A stretch of 64,000 bases of DNA, taken from NCBI GenBank assembly GCA_963816145.1, contig CAWFJP010000029.1, positions 320,001 through 384,000 of the forward strand, written 5' to 3'. This document shows, in pieces, positions 29,366-38,706 of the stretch. The translations under genes and the position numbers were made by a program. Under the pieces are notes generated by a model. The model did not search any database, was not told the DNA's origin, and saw nothing but the letters and a program-made list of their open reading frames with translations. This stretch comes from an uncultured delta proteobacterium (GTDB lineage Bacteria > Desulfobacterota > Binatia > UBA9968). Positions within the stretch are counted from its first letter, which is position 1, and each line of letters begins with the position of its first letter.

Positions 29366-29686
29366 TTATTTGCCCCGCGCCATGGCTTCGACATCGGCGA
29401 TGGTCGGTTTGTCCAAGCGGAATGCGCGGTGGGCGCGCCACTCCAAAACCTCCATCTCGCGGATGCCGCGTTGGTGGTGCGGGTCGGTGGCGGCGAGCGC
29501 TTTAGCTTCCTCAAGGTTCGCCGCCAGCATCACATAGACGCCATAGCGGCCGTCGGTGGTTGGGCCGGAAAACATCAGCCGGCCGGCCCGATGTTGATCG
29601 TCGAGCCACTGGCGATGATCTTCATAGTTACGTTGTTTGTCTTGTTCTTTTTCCGGCAGCGATCGCGACATCACCAGATACCACAT
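29366..29686 (-). CDS. YciI family protein
   Basis: H..WL...GRLMFSGP, EEAKALAATDP. Confidence 0.9.
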   Translation of the reverse strand: MWYLVMSRSLPEKEQDKQRNYEDHRQWLDDQHRAGRLMFSGPTTDGRYGVYVMLAANLEEAKALAATDPHHQRGIREMEVLEWRAHRAFRLDKPTIADVEAMARGK

Positions 29687-29856
29687 ATCGATTCCTCCAA
29701 GATTTTCTACCCTCTGAATCCGATCTTAACGACGCGCGTGCAAAATTACCACTTGCGTCGCCAATTCACCGCGGATAAAAAGGGTTCACGCAGGGAAGGT
29801 TGAATCAGGCCGCAACGCGGGCACTGGAACTAATTCACGATCGAGAAGGAGTAACC

Positions 29857-30861
29857 ATGATTATAGATGTTCATGGACATGTTTCGCCGCCCACCGAGTT
29901 GTGGGCCTACAAGGCGAATATTCTATCCGCCCGGGGATCTCACGGCCGGGGCGGCGTCAACGTTTCCGATGACGAAATCCGCGCGGCGGCGAATCGGAAA
30001 GAAAACTGGGCGAAGGGCCATTTGGATTATCTGAAAGACCATGGCACCGACGTGCAACTGATCTCGCCGCGGCCGTTTCAGCTCATGCAGTCGGAGAAGC
30101 CGGCGAAATTGGTGCACTGGTTTGCCGAGGAATGCAACAATATCATCGCCCGGCAGATGAAGCTATTTCCCAACACCTTTCTCGGAGTTTGCGGTTTGCC
30201 GCAGGCGGCCGGCGAGCCGATTCAAAACGTCTTGCCAGAGCTGGAGCGCTGCGTGAAGTTGGGCTTTGTCGGTTGTCTGTTGAATCCGGATCCTTACGAA
30301 AATGGCGGGCAGGAAGCGCCGCCGCTGGGTGACCGCTATTGGTACCCGCTCTACGAGAAACTCTGCGAACTCGACGCGCCGGCGCATATCCACGGGACTG
30401 GTTCCCGTTCGGAGCGCAGCCCGTACTCGGTTCATTTCATCAACGAGGAAACCATCGCGGTATTCGGCCTGGTCAACTCGGCGGTGTTCCAGGATTTTCC
30501 CAAACTTAAAATCATCGTCAGCCACGGCGGCGGCGCGATTCCTTACCAACTCGGCCGCTTCGAGGCGCCGTCGCTGCGCCGCGGCACGGGCGCGCGCTTT
30601 TCCGACGGCCTGCGTAAGCTCTACTTCGATACCGTGCTCTATACCGAGGATGCCGTGCGCCTGTTGATCAAGACCGTCGGCGCCGACCGTTGCCTGTTCG
30701 GCACCGAGTGCCCGGGCACCGGTTCGTCGGTTGATCCGGCGACCGGACGATCGATGGACAATGTAAAGCCGATAGTGGAGAACATCGAAACTTTGAGCGC
30801 GGCGGATAAGCAAAAGATTTTTAGCGACAACGCCAAGACGGTGTTTAACTTGAAGATTTAG
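29857..30861 (+). CDS. Amidohydrolase_2, 4-oxalomesaconate hydratase (LigJ)-like
   Basis: MIIDVHGH, ELERCV..GFVGCLLNPDP, YWYPLYEK, HGGGAIPY, FGTE.PG. Confidence 0.8.
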   Translation: MIIDVHGHVSPPTELWAYKANILSARGSHGRGGVNVSDDEIRAAANRKENWAKGHLDYLKDHGTDVQLISPRPFQLMQSEKPAKLVHWFAEECNNIIARQMKLFPNTFLGVCGLPQAAGEPIQNVLPELERCVKLGFVGCLLNPDPYENGGQEAPPLGDRYWYPLYEKLCELDAPAHIHGTGSRSERSPYSVHFINEETIAVFGLVNSAVFQDFPKLKIIVSHGGGAIPYQLGRFEAPSLRRGTGARFSDGLRKLYFDTVLYTEDAVRLLIKTVGADRCLFGTECPGTGSSVDPATGRSMDNVKPIVENIETLSAADKQKIFSDNAKTVFNLKI

Positions 30862-30943
30862 GGTTCAAGCTATCTAAATCATTTAGGCTGCTCAAAACGT
30901 AAGAGAGGGTTCACCAAAGCGGCGACCGGCACGATTAAATTTT

Positions 30944-32191
30944 ATGTTACCGCGGGAAGAGAATGACCTACTAACCCGAGTCGGACCCGGCACGGCGATG
31001 GGGCAGTTGATGCGCTGCTATTGGATTCCAGCGCTGTTGGCGGAAGAGATTCCCATCGCCGACGGTGCGCCGGTGCGGGTCAGACTTCTAGGTGAGGATC
31101 TCGTGGCCTTCCGTGATTCTAAAGGCCGGGTCGGCTTGCTCGGCGAGCACTGCGCCCACCGAGGCACGTCGTTGTTTTTTGGCCGTAACGAACAGTGCGG
31201 TCTGCGCTGTGTCTACCATGGTTGGAAATACGACGTGGACGGCCATGTCTTGGAAACCCCGGCGGAGCCGGCGGATAGCGACTTTCGGAAAAGGCTCCAT
31301 CACACAGCGTATCCCTGTCAGGAAATCGCCGGGATGATTTTCACATACATGGGTGCCCTGGAAAGAATGCCGCTCATGCCGCGCTACGAGTGGGCGGAGC
31401 TGCAGCCGGGCCATCTGTTTCCGGTAAAATCCTTTCTTGAATGCAATTATCTCCAGGGCATCGAGGGCGACTTCGACTCCTCGCATACGTCATTTCTGCA
31501 CAACAATAACATTCAGAACGCCGAACGCTTAAAACGTGACGGCGCACCAACGTTGGAAGCCGAGGAAACCCGCTACGGTATGCGGGCGATTTCGATCCGT
31601 AAGTTTGGTGCCGAGCAGATCTACGTGCGCACGAGCCCGTACATCATGCCATCGTTCAGCATCGTGCCGGGACTGCCGACGGCCAAGTTCGAAGCGGATG
31701 ACATTCGCGGCTTTCGTTTTTGGGTGCCCGTGGATGACGGCTCTACTTGGCTTTATATTTTGAACATGCGCAAACAGCCGTTCGACGACGAGGAGCGCAA
31801 GGCATTGCGCAGTTGGGTCGAGCCTGACTACCGGCGCAAGCGGAATCTCCACAACGATTATCTCATTGACCGGGGCTTGCAGCGCACCCGGCTTTACTCG
31901 GGAATCGAAGCCGTCAATCCGGCGGAACAGGACGGCTGCGCGACCGAAACCATGGGGCCGATATTCGACCGCTCAAAAGAACATTTGGCCTACAGCGACA
32001 AAACCATCATCGCCCTACGCAAGATGTTGCTGAGCGCGCTGGGGGAGTTGGCGAAAGGCAAAGAGCCGCCTCATGTGATTCGCCAAGAGAGAGATCGCGA
32101 TTTCTTGCGGCTCCGTTCGGTGAAAGGGATTCTGCCGGCGGGAGCCGACTGGCGTAAGATCATGGACGGGTTAGGCGAGAATGATGCTTGA
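30944..32191 (+). CDS. Rieske non-heme iron oxygenase alpha subunit (phthalate 4,5-dioxygenase/LigXa-like)
   Basis: CAHRG...CVYHGW, EGDFDSSHTSFLH, EHL..SD. Confidence 0.9.
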   Translation: MLPREENDLLTRVGPGTAMGQLMRCYWIPALLAEEIPIADGAPVRVRLLGEDLVAFRDSKGRVGLLGEHCAHRGTSLFFGRNEQCGLRCVYHGWKYDVDGHVLETPAEPADSDFRKRLHHTAYPCQEIAGMIFTYMGALERMPLMPRYEWAELQPGHLFPVKSFLECNYLQGIEGDFDSSHTSFLHNNNIQNAERLKRDGAPTLEAEETRYGMRAISIRKFGAEQIYVRTSPYIMPSFSIVPGLPTAKFEADDIRGFRFWVPVDDGSTWLYILNMRKQPFDDEERKALRSWVEPDYRRKRNLHNDYLIDRGLQRTRLYSGIEAVNPAEQDGCATETMGPIFDRSKEHLAYSDKTIIALRKMLLSALGELAKGKEPPHVIRQERDRDFLRLRSVKGILPAGADWRKIMDGLGENDA

Positions 32192-33281
32192 ATCAATGGG
32201 TTCAAAACGTTCAAGCCGTTCAAATCGTTCAAAACGATTGGGGTTTGCCATACCTCTTTCTATCGCAATGGCGTTTGCGATGCTGATGCTGTTTCCCAGG
32301 ACATCCGTGCTTGCGCAACCGTTGCAGAAGTCGGTGGCTATGGTGGGGGCGCGCAGCGGCGCGTCTTGGCCGCTGTGGATCGCCAAAGAGGCGCGGCTTT
32401 ACGCTAAATATGGGCTCGATGTCGAATTGGTCTACGCGGTTCACCCGGCGCCCATCGCCGCGGTGATGACCGGCCATGCGGCGATGACTTCATCGGGCAG
32501 CGATCCCGCACTGCTGGCGGCGGCCAAGGAGCCGTCGCTGGTAGTGCTCGGCAGCTTTATGAACAAAGCTTCCTTCGCCATGATCGGTTCGAAGAGCGTC
32601 ACCGACATGAAACAGCTGGCCGGCAAAAAGATCGGTGTCGGCAGAGTCGGCGATCCGCCCTATCATATGGCGGTCAGTCTGCTCAAAAAGTTTCACCTGA
32701 CAGCGCGGGATGTCCAGTGGGTATCCATCGGTGTCGACGCCGCGGCGAGGGCGGCAGCGCTGCAGAGCGGCCAGATAGATGCGGCGTTGATCACTGCGCC
32801 GGCCTATTTTCGCCTGCAAGCGGCGGGCTTGCCTGTGCTGGCCGTACTGCTCGATCATGAGGATATTTATGTGTCGACCTATTACTTGTTTCGCCGCGAT
32901 GCGCTGGCCAGGGAGCGCCCGGCATCCTTGGCTTACATCAAGGCGCACGCCGAAGCGATCAAGCGATTTTATGACGACAAAGCCTTTGCTGCCGAAGTGA
33001 TGATCAAGTACGGCGGCGCCCGTGACCGCGGCGACGCCAATCGGGTCTACGATCTGTATCGTAACGCGCGCGTGCTGGAGGCGGTGCCCTACGCGCTCAA
33101 AGGTTCCGTTGACGCGGTGATCGAACGGCAAGGAGCGGATCTCAAGGGCGCCGATTTTTCCAAGACGATTGATAACAGCCTGGTCGACCAGCTGGTCAAG
33201 GAGAAATATTTCGAGTATGTTTTCGGCCCATCCATTCGCGACGAACAGCAGCGCCGCCAGGCGCAGGCCTTCGGACGGTAG
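32181..33281 (+). CDS. ABC substrate-binding protein, NMT1/THI5/SsuA-like
   Basis: PLWIAKE..LYAKYGLDVEL, LAGKKIGV, RAAALQSGQIDAA. Start is 32181 (overlapping the Rieske stop) or 32268. Confidence 0.9.
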   Translation: MMLESMGSKRSSRSNRSKRLGFAIPLSIAMAFAMLMLFPRTSVLAQPLQKSVAMVGARSGASWPLWIAKEARLYAKYGLDVELVYAVHPAPIAAVMTGHAAMTSSGSDPALLAAAKEPSLVVLGSFMNKASFAMIGSKSVTDMKQLAGKKIGVGRVGDPPYHMAVSLLKKFHLTARDVQWVSIGVDAAARAAALQSGQIDAALITAPAYFRLQAAGLPVLAVLLDHEDIYVSTYYLFRRDALARERPASLAYIKAHAEAIKRFYDDKAFAAEVMIKYGGARDRGDANRVYDLYRNARVLEAVPYALKGSVDAVIERQGADLKGADFSKTIDNSLVDQLVKEKYFEYVFGPSIRDEQQRRQAQAFGR

Positions 33282-33680
33282 CTAGGAACTGCGTCCGCCA
33301 CCGAATGTGGTCACGCGATAATCATCCGTTGCAGTGCCGATTAAAGCAATATTGTACAGAAATTGCCCCTCGCCTTCGCCGCGCAGCGTGACGGTGACGA
33401 GCTTTTCGCCCTTCACCGGAGTGGCGCTGAGTCCGACGATCTTGCTCGGGCGGCCGGAGGGGTGCATTTGCTTTACCTTGTCGGCAAAGATGTTCAAGGG
33501 CACGTAGCCGCGCGCCTTATCGGCAAGCATGCCGTAACCTTGATCGATATTACCTCGAACGAAAGTTGCCTCGGCAAATTCAACCGCGCGTTTGGTCGCC
33601 AAGGCGGTGTCGTGGTCGACTTTCTCGGCGCAGCCGCCGGCGATAGCCAGAAACAGCAGAAGCAGGCAAAGTATTCGCAT
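33282..33680 (-). CDS. Hypothetical lipoprotein
   Basis: MRILCLLLLFLAIAGGC lipobox, GGAG RBS. Confidence 0.8.
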   Translation of the reverse strand: MRILCLLLLFLAIAGGCAEKVDHDTALATKRAVEFAEATFVRGNIDQGYGMLADKARGYVPLNIFADKVKQMHPSGRPSKIVGLSATPVKGEKLVTVTLRGEGEGQFLYNIALIGTATDDYRVTTFGGGRSS

Positions 33681-33764
33681 GGTGGCGTTTCTCCCCGTCG
33701 ATACGGATCGTTCCATTCATTCAGCGCACGAATCGCTCGTAGTGCAATCCTGAATCGATCTTGC

Positions 33765-35375
33765 TTAGCGGTTATATCTCGCCGGCAGTTCGGTTGCGAA
33801 CGGCGGACGACGCAGGCGCGCCGCGCAGCGGGCGTCTAATTCTTTAGCCGAACCGCTGGTGATGAATTCGACAATCAGGGAGCGGGCACAGGGCGATGTG
33901 TAGCTATGCGGCGTGTTGCGTAAGCTCACTTGACGGCCATTGGGCAGTGTCGTGAGAGCCTGCGCGCCAAACTCTGCCGGCGTCGCCGGATCGATGTCGC
34001 CGGAGAGCATGAGTACAGGTGTGACTGCTTGCACCGGCTGAAAATATTCCGCGTCGATCTCGCCGCGCGGCCAGTGCGCGCAAGCTTGCTGGTGGCGGCG
34101 CGTCCGATAGGCGCCCATGAATGTGCCGGCTGTGGCGCGCGCCACTTCCGCTTCATCGATGAAGGGTAGTGATCCCGAGCAGGTGGCGCTCAGATAGGCG
34201 CCGAGATAGACGCGAAATTCCCCCGGCGCAGCGCTTCTTGAAATCACCTGCACGAAGGGGAGCCAATTTCCTTGGGAGGCATGGTCAAGTATCAAGGGTA
34301 ACAGGCTGACCGTGCGGTGGCTGTAGAGCAAAGTCAAAAGGCGGACGGCGAAAACGCCGTGTGCCAGCGTGACTGATTGCATGACTTTGCTGCCCGGGTG
34401 GAGTACTTGGAAATTTATCGTGCCGCTGTCGAAGGATCGCAAGAGCTGGGCGAATTTCGCTTGCAGATTGGGAAAGGCGGCGTTGCAGGATTCGTCGCCG
34501 GCGCAATCGTTAAACAGTTTGGCCATGGCCTGATCGGCGCCTCTGGCGAATTGGAGCGGTATTTTCATGGCCGGGGTGGCAACGCCAGTCAGAACCGCAC
34601 TTCGCACATGATCGGGATAGCGGCGCAGATATTCCAGGGCAGCCTGGGAACCATGGGAGATGCCGTACAAATTGATCTTGTTGTAACCCAAGGCGAGGCG
34701 AATATCGTCGAGATCGTCGATGGCCAGCGAGGAATTATAAAACTTTAGGTCGGCGATCCGTTCTAGTTTCTCGCGGCACAATTGGATGACCGCGGGATCG
34801 AAGAGTTCGCCAAATAAACTTTGCACATGGCGCCGATCGATAGGGAAATCGCATTGCAGACCATTGGAATCCCCGGTGCCGCGCATGTCGACGAAGACTA
34901 GATCGCGCTCGCGGCGCAACTCTCGCATGATCGCATCTTCACCGGCGCCGGCGATGCGCGCCGCGCCCTGTCCGGGCCCGCCGGTTAAATAGAAAACTGG
35001 CTCGGCCTTAGGTTCGGAACTGAGTGCCGGCAGCACAACTAAATTGAGCGCGATGACGCGACCGGATTTTGCCGAGCGATTTTCGTACACTTGATGTTTA
35101 CCACAGAGCGCGGCTTCCTTGTGCTTGGGCAAATTGCACGAGCTCAGTTCGACAGTGGATGGCCTTCTGGCAGAGATCGGCGAAGTCTCGACGGTTGCGC
35201 ATGAGGAAGTGATGATAAGGGAGAGTATCACTAGGTATGAGAACAGGTCATCGATGCCCGGCAGTTTGTGAATGCCGGTAAACCTGGATTCCGGCCTGCG
35301 CCGCAATGACCGAAGCAGAATCACCTGCGCGTTGACAGATTCTATCGCCGTTGGCTTGGAGAGAGGTGCGGTCAA
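33765..35375 (-). CDS. Alpha/beta hydrolase lipoprotein (TAP-like peptidase/esterase)
   Basis: GGPG, DMRGTG, YGISHG nucleophile elbow, GDIDPATP, His near the C-terminus. Start uncertain. Confidence 0.88.
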   Translation of the reverse strand: MTAPLSKPTAIESVNAQVILLRSLRRRPESRFTGIHKLPGIDDLFSYLVILSLIITSSCATVETSPISARRPSTVELSSCNLPKHKEAALCGKHQVYENRSAKSGRVIALNLVVLPALSSEPKAEPVFYLTGGPGQGAARIAGAGEDAIMRELRRERDLVFVDMRGTGDSNGLQCDFPIDRRHVQSLFGELFDPAVIQLCREKLERIADLKFYNSSLAIDDLDDIRLALGYNKINLYGISHGSQAALEYLRRYPDHVRSAVLTGVATPAMKIPLQFARGADQAMAKLFNDCAGDESCNAAFPNLQAKFAQLLRSFDSGTINFQVLHPGSKVMQSVTLAHGVFAVRLLTLLYSHRTVSLLPLILDHASQGNWLPFVQVISRSAAPGEFRVYLGAYLSATCSGSLPFIDEAEVARATAGTFMGAYRTRRHQQACAHWPRGEIDAEYFQPVQAVTPVLMLSGDIDPATPAEFGAQALTTLPNGRQVSLRNTPHSYTSPCARSLIVEFITSGSAKELDARCAARLRRPPFATELPARYNR

Positions 35376-35387
35376 GTTCTCGCCTTG

Positions 35388-36221
35388 CTAGACAGGCCAG
35401 CGCAGCCAGTGCGCGAGACTCTTGCCCATGATCCATTCTTTGTCGCTCGCCGAAAGAAACCCTAACTCCTCGGTGAACAGCGTGACGTTTTGCCGGTAGG
35501 TAACCGGCGACTGCGAAAGGTCGGTGCCCCACATGATGCGTTGCGGGCCAAACGCATCGACGACCCGGCGAATCTGCGGATGCAGGGTGGAAAATGGATA
35601 GTTCTCGGCGACGTAACAGGGCAGGCAGGAAGCTTTGACCGCGACGTTGGGCAAGCGGGCGAAGGTGATTAGCAGGTCGACGCCAGGCGTCAGATCCTGG
35701 CCTCTCCACTGCACGTTCAAACCCATGTGATCGACAATCACGCGCAATCCGGGATGGCGCTCGGCGATCTTGGCGATGGCTGCGACAGCGAAGGGCGCAA
35801 AGATCATGACCGGAATGTCGTAGCGCTCGCAGTCATGCCAAAACCAGTCGGCGGTGCCGTCGTCGAGAAACGAATGGGTGCCGCTGTGGCGGAAGCTGAT
35901 GCGGAAGCCTTTCGTGCCGGGTTGCTTGAGCCAAGTCGGCAGTCTGTCTTTGCTCGCCGGGTCGTTGAGCGCCACTTTTCCCATGACCGCGAAACGATCG
36001 GGATATTTTTGCGCCGCTTCGAGAGCGTAATCGTTGCGATAGCCATCCCATGACGGCGGCACTAGGATGGCACGGTCCACGCCGGCAATAGCCATTTCAG
36101 CGAGCAGCCGCTCGTAGGTAAGCGGAATCGGCTGGTGCGGTTTCGAAGCGTCCTCTTTGATGTGCGGGCGTTCCGGTGTGTCGGCTTGCCAGATGTGGAC
36201 CTGGGCGTCGATGATTTTCAT
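35388..36221 (-). CDS. Amidohydrolase_2 (lactonase-like)
   Basis: IIDAQVHIW, VDHMG, PNVAVKAS, FGPQRIMWGTD. Confidence 0.9.
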   Translation of the reverse strand: MKIIDAQVHIWQADTPERPHIKEDASKPHQPIPLTYERLLAEMAIAGVDRAILVPPSWDGYRNDYALEAAQKYPDRFAVMGKVALNDPASKDRLPTWLKQPGTKGFRISFRHSGTHSFLDDGTADWFWHDCERYDIPVMIFAPFAVAAIAKIAERHPGLRVIVDHMGLNVQWRGQDLTPGVDLLITFARLPNVAVKASCLPCYVAENYPFSTLHPQIRRVVDAFGPQRIMWGTDLSQSPVTYRQNVTLFTEELGFLSASDKEWIMGKSLAHWLRWPV

Positions 36222-36281
36222 AAGAAGGCAGTAGGCATTCGGCAACAGTAAGATCGGATGGAGTCAAAGCATCCCGATAAG

Positions 36282-37283
36282 TTATTTTGCAGCGTTGACC
36301 TGGCGCAGGATACGGTCGTCGAAGAACTGCGTAGGTTTGGCTGTTTTTGCTTCGGCAATCGATTCGGAGAGGAAATCCAGGATGCCCCGCAAACCTGGCT
36401 CCGAGGTGACGAGTTCGCGGCGGAAGCCGGCTTTCTTGTAAAACTCATAGCTGCGGTCGAGCACGTCTTGATCGGTTTCGTGGGTGTATTTGCCAATCAC
36501 CTTCATGGAGAACGTTTTGTCGGCATAGTAGCGCTCGATACCGCCGCGGACGGCGCGCAGCAATGACACCAGCCGCGGATTGAGTTCGTCGATGCGGCTC
36601 TTTCTAACCACCAAGCCGACGTTCTGATAGGGCTCGTCGATCAAGCTGACCATTGAACGGAACCCGTCACGCTCCATTCGGAAACTTGCCGGCGGCGAGC
36701 CAACGCCCCCGGCGATTTGTCCGGCATAAAATGCGGCGACGATCTGCGGGCTGCTGCCGAGAGGACGCAGTTGCACGTCCTTCGCCGTTAGGCCCAATTT
36801 CTTTAGCGCGACCAACGTACCGTAGGCAACCGGAGTCGCCGGCCGGTCGGTACCGACGATCTTACCTTTTAATTGCTCGACGTTCTTAATCTCTGGACGG
36901 ACGTAAAAATCCCAGATCATCGTATTCAAAAGCCCGGCGACGAAAGTGACATCGATGCCGCGCAGTGCAGCGGTCAGCACCGGTGCTGCCGAGACTTCGA
37001 CGACATCGATCTCATTGGCAAGCAACGCTGGGATCGCGCTGGTCGACTGCATGGAGAGAACCTCAATGTCCAAGTTTTCTCTGGCAAGCGCGCCCGAGTC
37101 TTTGGCCATCCATAAGGGCGCCATAGTTGCGGAAGTGCTCAGATAAGCTACGCGCAACGGCCGAGTTTGACGCGGCGATTGTGCCAAGCTCTTGTGCGGC
37201 GATAGTACGCTGATAAAAAGGCCAGCGACGATTAGGCTCGTCAGTTGTCTGCAGATTGCATCATGCGTCGTGGGAAAAAACAT
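36282..37283 (-). CDS. ABC substrate-binding protein, NMT1/THI5/SsuA-like
   Basis: GGAGGT RBS, signal peptide, LRVAY, PLWMAKD, LKGKIVG. Confidence 0.9.
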   Translation of the reverse strand: MFFPTTHDAICRQLTSLIVAGLFISVLSPHKSLAQSPRQTRPLRVAYLSTSATMAPLWMAKDSGALARENLDIEVLSMQSTSAIPALLANEIDVVEVSAAPVLTAALRGIDVTFVAGLLNTMIWDFYVRPEIKNVEQLKGKIVGTDRPATPVAYGTLVALKKLGLTAKDVQLRPLGSSPQIVAAFYAGQIAGGVGSPPASFRMERDGFRSMVSLIDEPYQNVGLVVRKSRIDELNPRLVSLLRAVRGGIERYYADKTFSMKVIGKYTHETDQDVLDRSYEFYKKAGFRRELVTSEPGLRGILDFLSESIAEAKTAKPTQFFDDRILRQVNAAK

Positions 37284-37637
37284 CGCGTTGACCTCCAAGC
37301 TTGGAAACAAACTCGTTTCAGGGAATTGATTGAGGGTAAGATAGGGCAGGTCGAATGATAGCGTCAAGGCAAAATGGCGCAGTCAAAATGGCGCAGTCAT
37401 TTCCTAAGCTTCCCGTAGGCTTTTTGCCGCTCGATTATGCCGAGCCCACACTTTTGGCCTTAAGTGAGCCCCAAAACGCCGAAATTTTTGTAAGGATTGC
37501 ACTTATACTTCGCATTACCGACGGCCTGAGGGTTGCTCCAAATCCAACTGACAGTGTCAGCCGACGAATTCAACGGTTAACATTTTACAGCCGCTTGCGT
37601 CTATCAAGGGTGTTCGGATCGGATAAGGGAGGTACCC

Positions 37638-37799
37638 ATGAAGAACCCTTGCGAGGCGCTGTTTGGCGTAGGATTGGCGATACTTGCGCTGGTGATACTG
37701 CTTACCGTGAATCAATCTTGGGAAACTTCACGCTCTGCCTTGGCTGATAGCAGGTCTAGCGTCACCGAGCTCGGTCTTCGCCTTTCCATGCATCGTTAG
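37638..37799 (+). CDS. Small single-TM protein (53 aa), absent from the ORF track
   Basis: GGGAGGT RBS just upstream of ATG. MKNPCEALFGVGLAILALVILLTVNQSW...HR*. Confidence 0.6.
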   Translation: MKNPCEALFGVGLAILALVILLTVNQSWETSRSALADSRSSVTELGLRLSMHR

Positions 37800-37911
37800 T
37801 CAGCGGCGCGATGAGAGCTCACTCTCCGTTAGAACCGGCGTTAGTTTTCGTGCGTCTTCAACAAGGCCTCCTGCGCCACGCGATTGGCTGATAACTGAAT
37901 CACTCCATCCC

Positions 37912-38697
37912 TCACCGATAGTCGCGCATCTGCCAAGGCGTGAAGACGACCACCTGGGTCGGCGGCGGCAGGGCCATCTTGCTGAAGGTCGACTTGTGGC
38001 TATTCAAATATTTGTTCGGGTAGCCCTTGACGAACATATCCAACAGCGCGGTGTTCTCGCGATAATGCATCGGGATCGCGATCTTGGGTTTGAGTTGCTG
38101 CAAGACTTCGCGGGCGGTGTCCGGCGGCATGGTGAACATGCCGCCGATCGGAATCATGGCAATATCGACCTTGCCGAAGGCTTTGATCTGATCTTCGGTC
38201 AATTTGTGTGCTAGGTCGCCCAAGTGAGCGACGCAGATGGTGCCCAAGTCGAAGACGAAGGCGGCGCCTTTGAGTGCGTTGCCGAACTGCTGTTGGTAGA
38301 TCGGTACCGTGTAAACCAGGATGTCCTTGACCGTGGTGCTGACCTTGTTCCACTCGGCGCCGTAATTCCCCAGGCCGCGCAAAATCACCGGTCCGTTTTT
38401 GGCGATCTCGACGAAATTGTGGTTCGGATGTTCGCGGCCAACGGTGATAGCATGGGGCGTGACGTCGGGCGTTGGATAGAAGCCGGGCGTCACCGGGTCG
38501 GTAACTATCTTGGTTCCTTTCGACGAGGTGATCTGAAAAGAATTATGGCCGAAAAACTCGATGGTCACGTCGGGCTCAGCGGCGTAGGCGGGTTTTAACC
38601 AGCCGCGCGCGACGTCGAGTTCGCGGCACGCAGAGTAGGCCGGGCCGGCGCTAGCGAGCGACAGCAGAAGCGGTAGGACGGCTAAGGGTATTCTCAT
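37912..38697 (-). CDS. Secreted MBL-fold (Lactamase_B_3-like) protein
   Basis: Signal peptide, FFGHNSF, TDP, EHPNHN, HLGDL, IPIGG, IPMHY. Confidence 0.85.
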   Translation of the reverse strand: MRIPLAVLPLLLSLASAGPAYSACRELDVARGWLKPAYAAEPDVTIEFFGHNSFQITSSKGTKIVTDPVTPGFYPTPDVTPHAITVGREHPNHNFVEIAKNGPVILRGLGNYGAEWNKVSTTVKDILVYTVPIYQQQFGNALKGAAFVFDLGTICVAHLGDLAHKLTEDQIKAFGKVDIAMIPIGGMFTMPPDTAREVLQQLKPKIAIPMHYRENTALLDMFVKGYPNKYLNSHKSTFSKMALPPPTQVVVFTPWQMRDYR

Positions 38698-38706
38698 CGT
38701 CAACCT

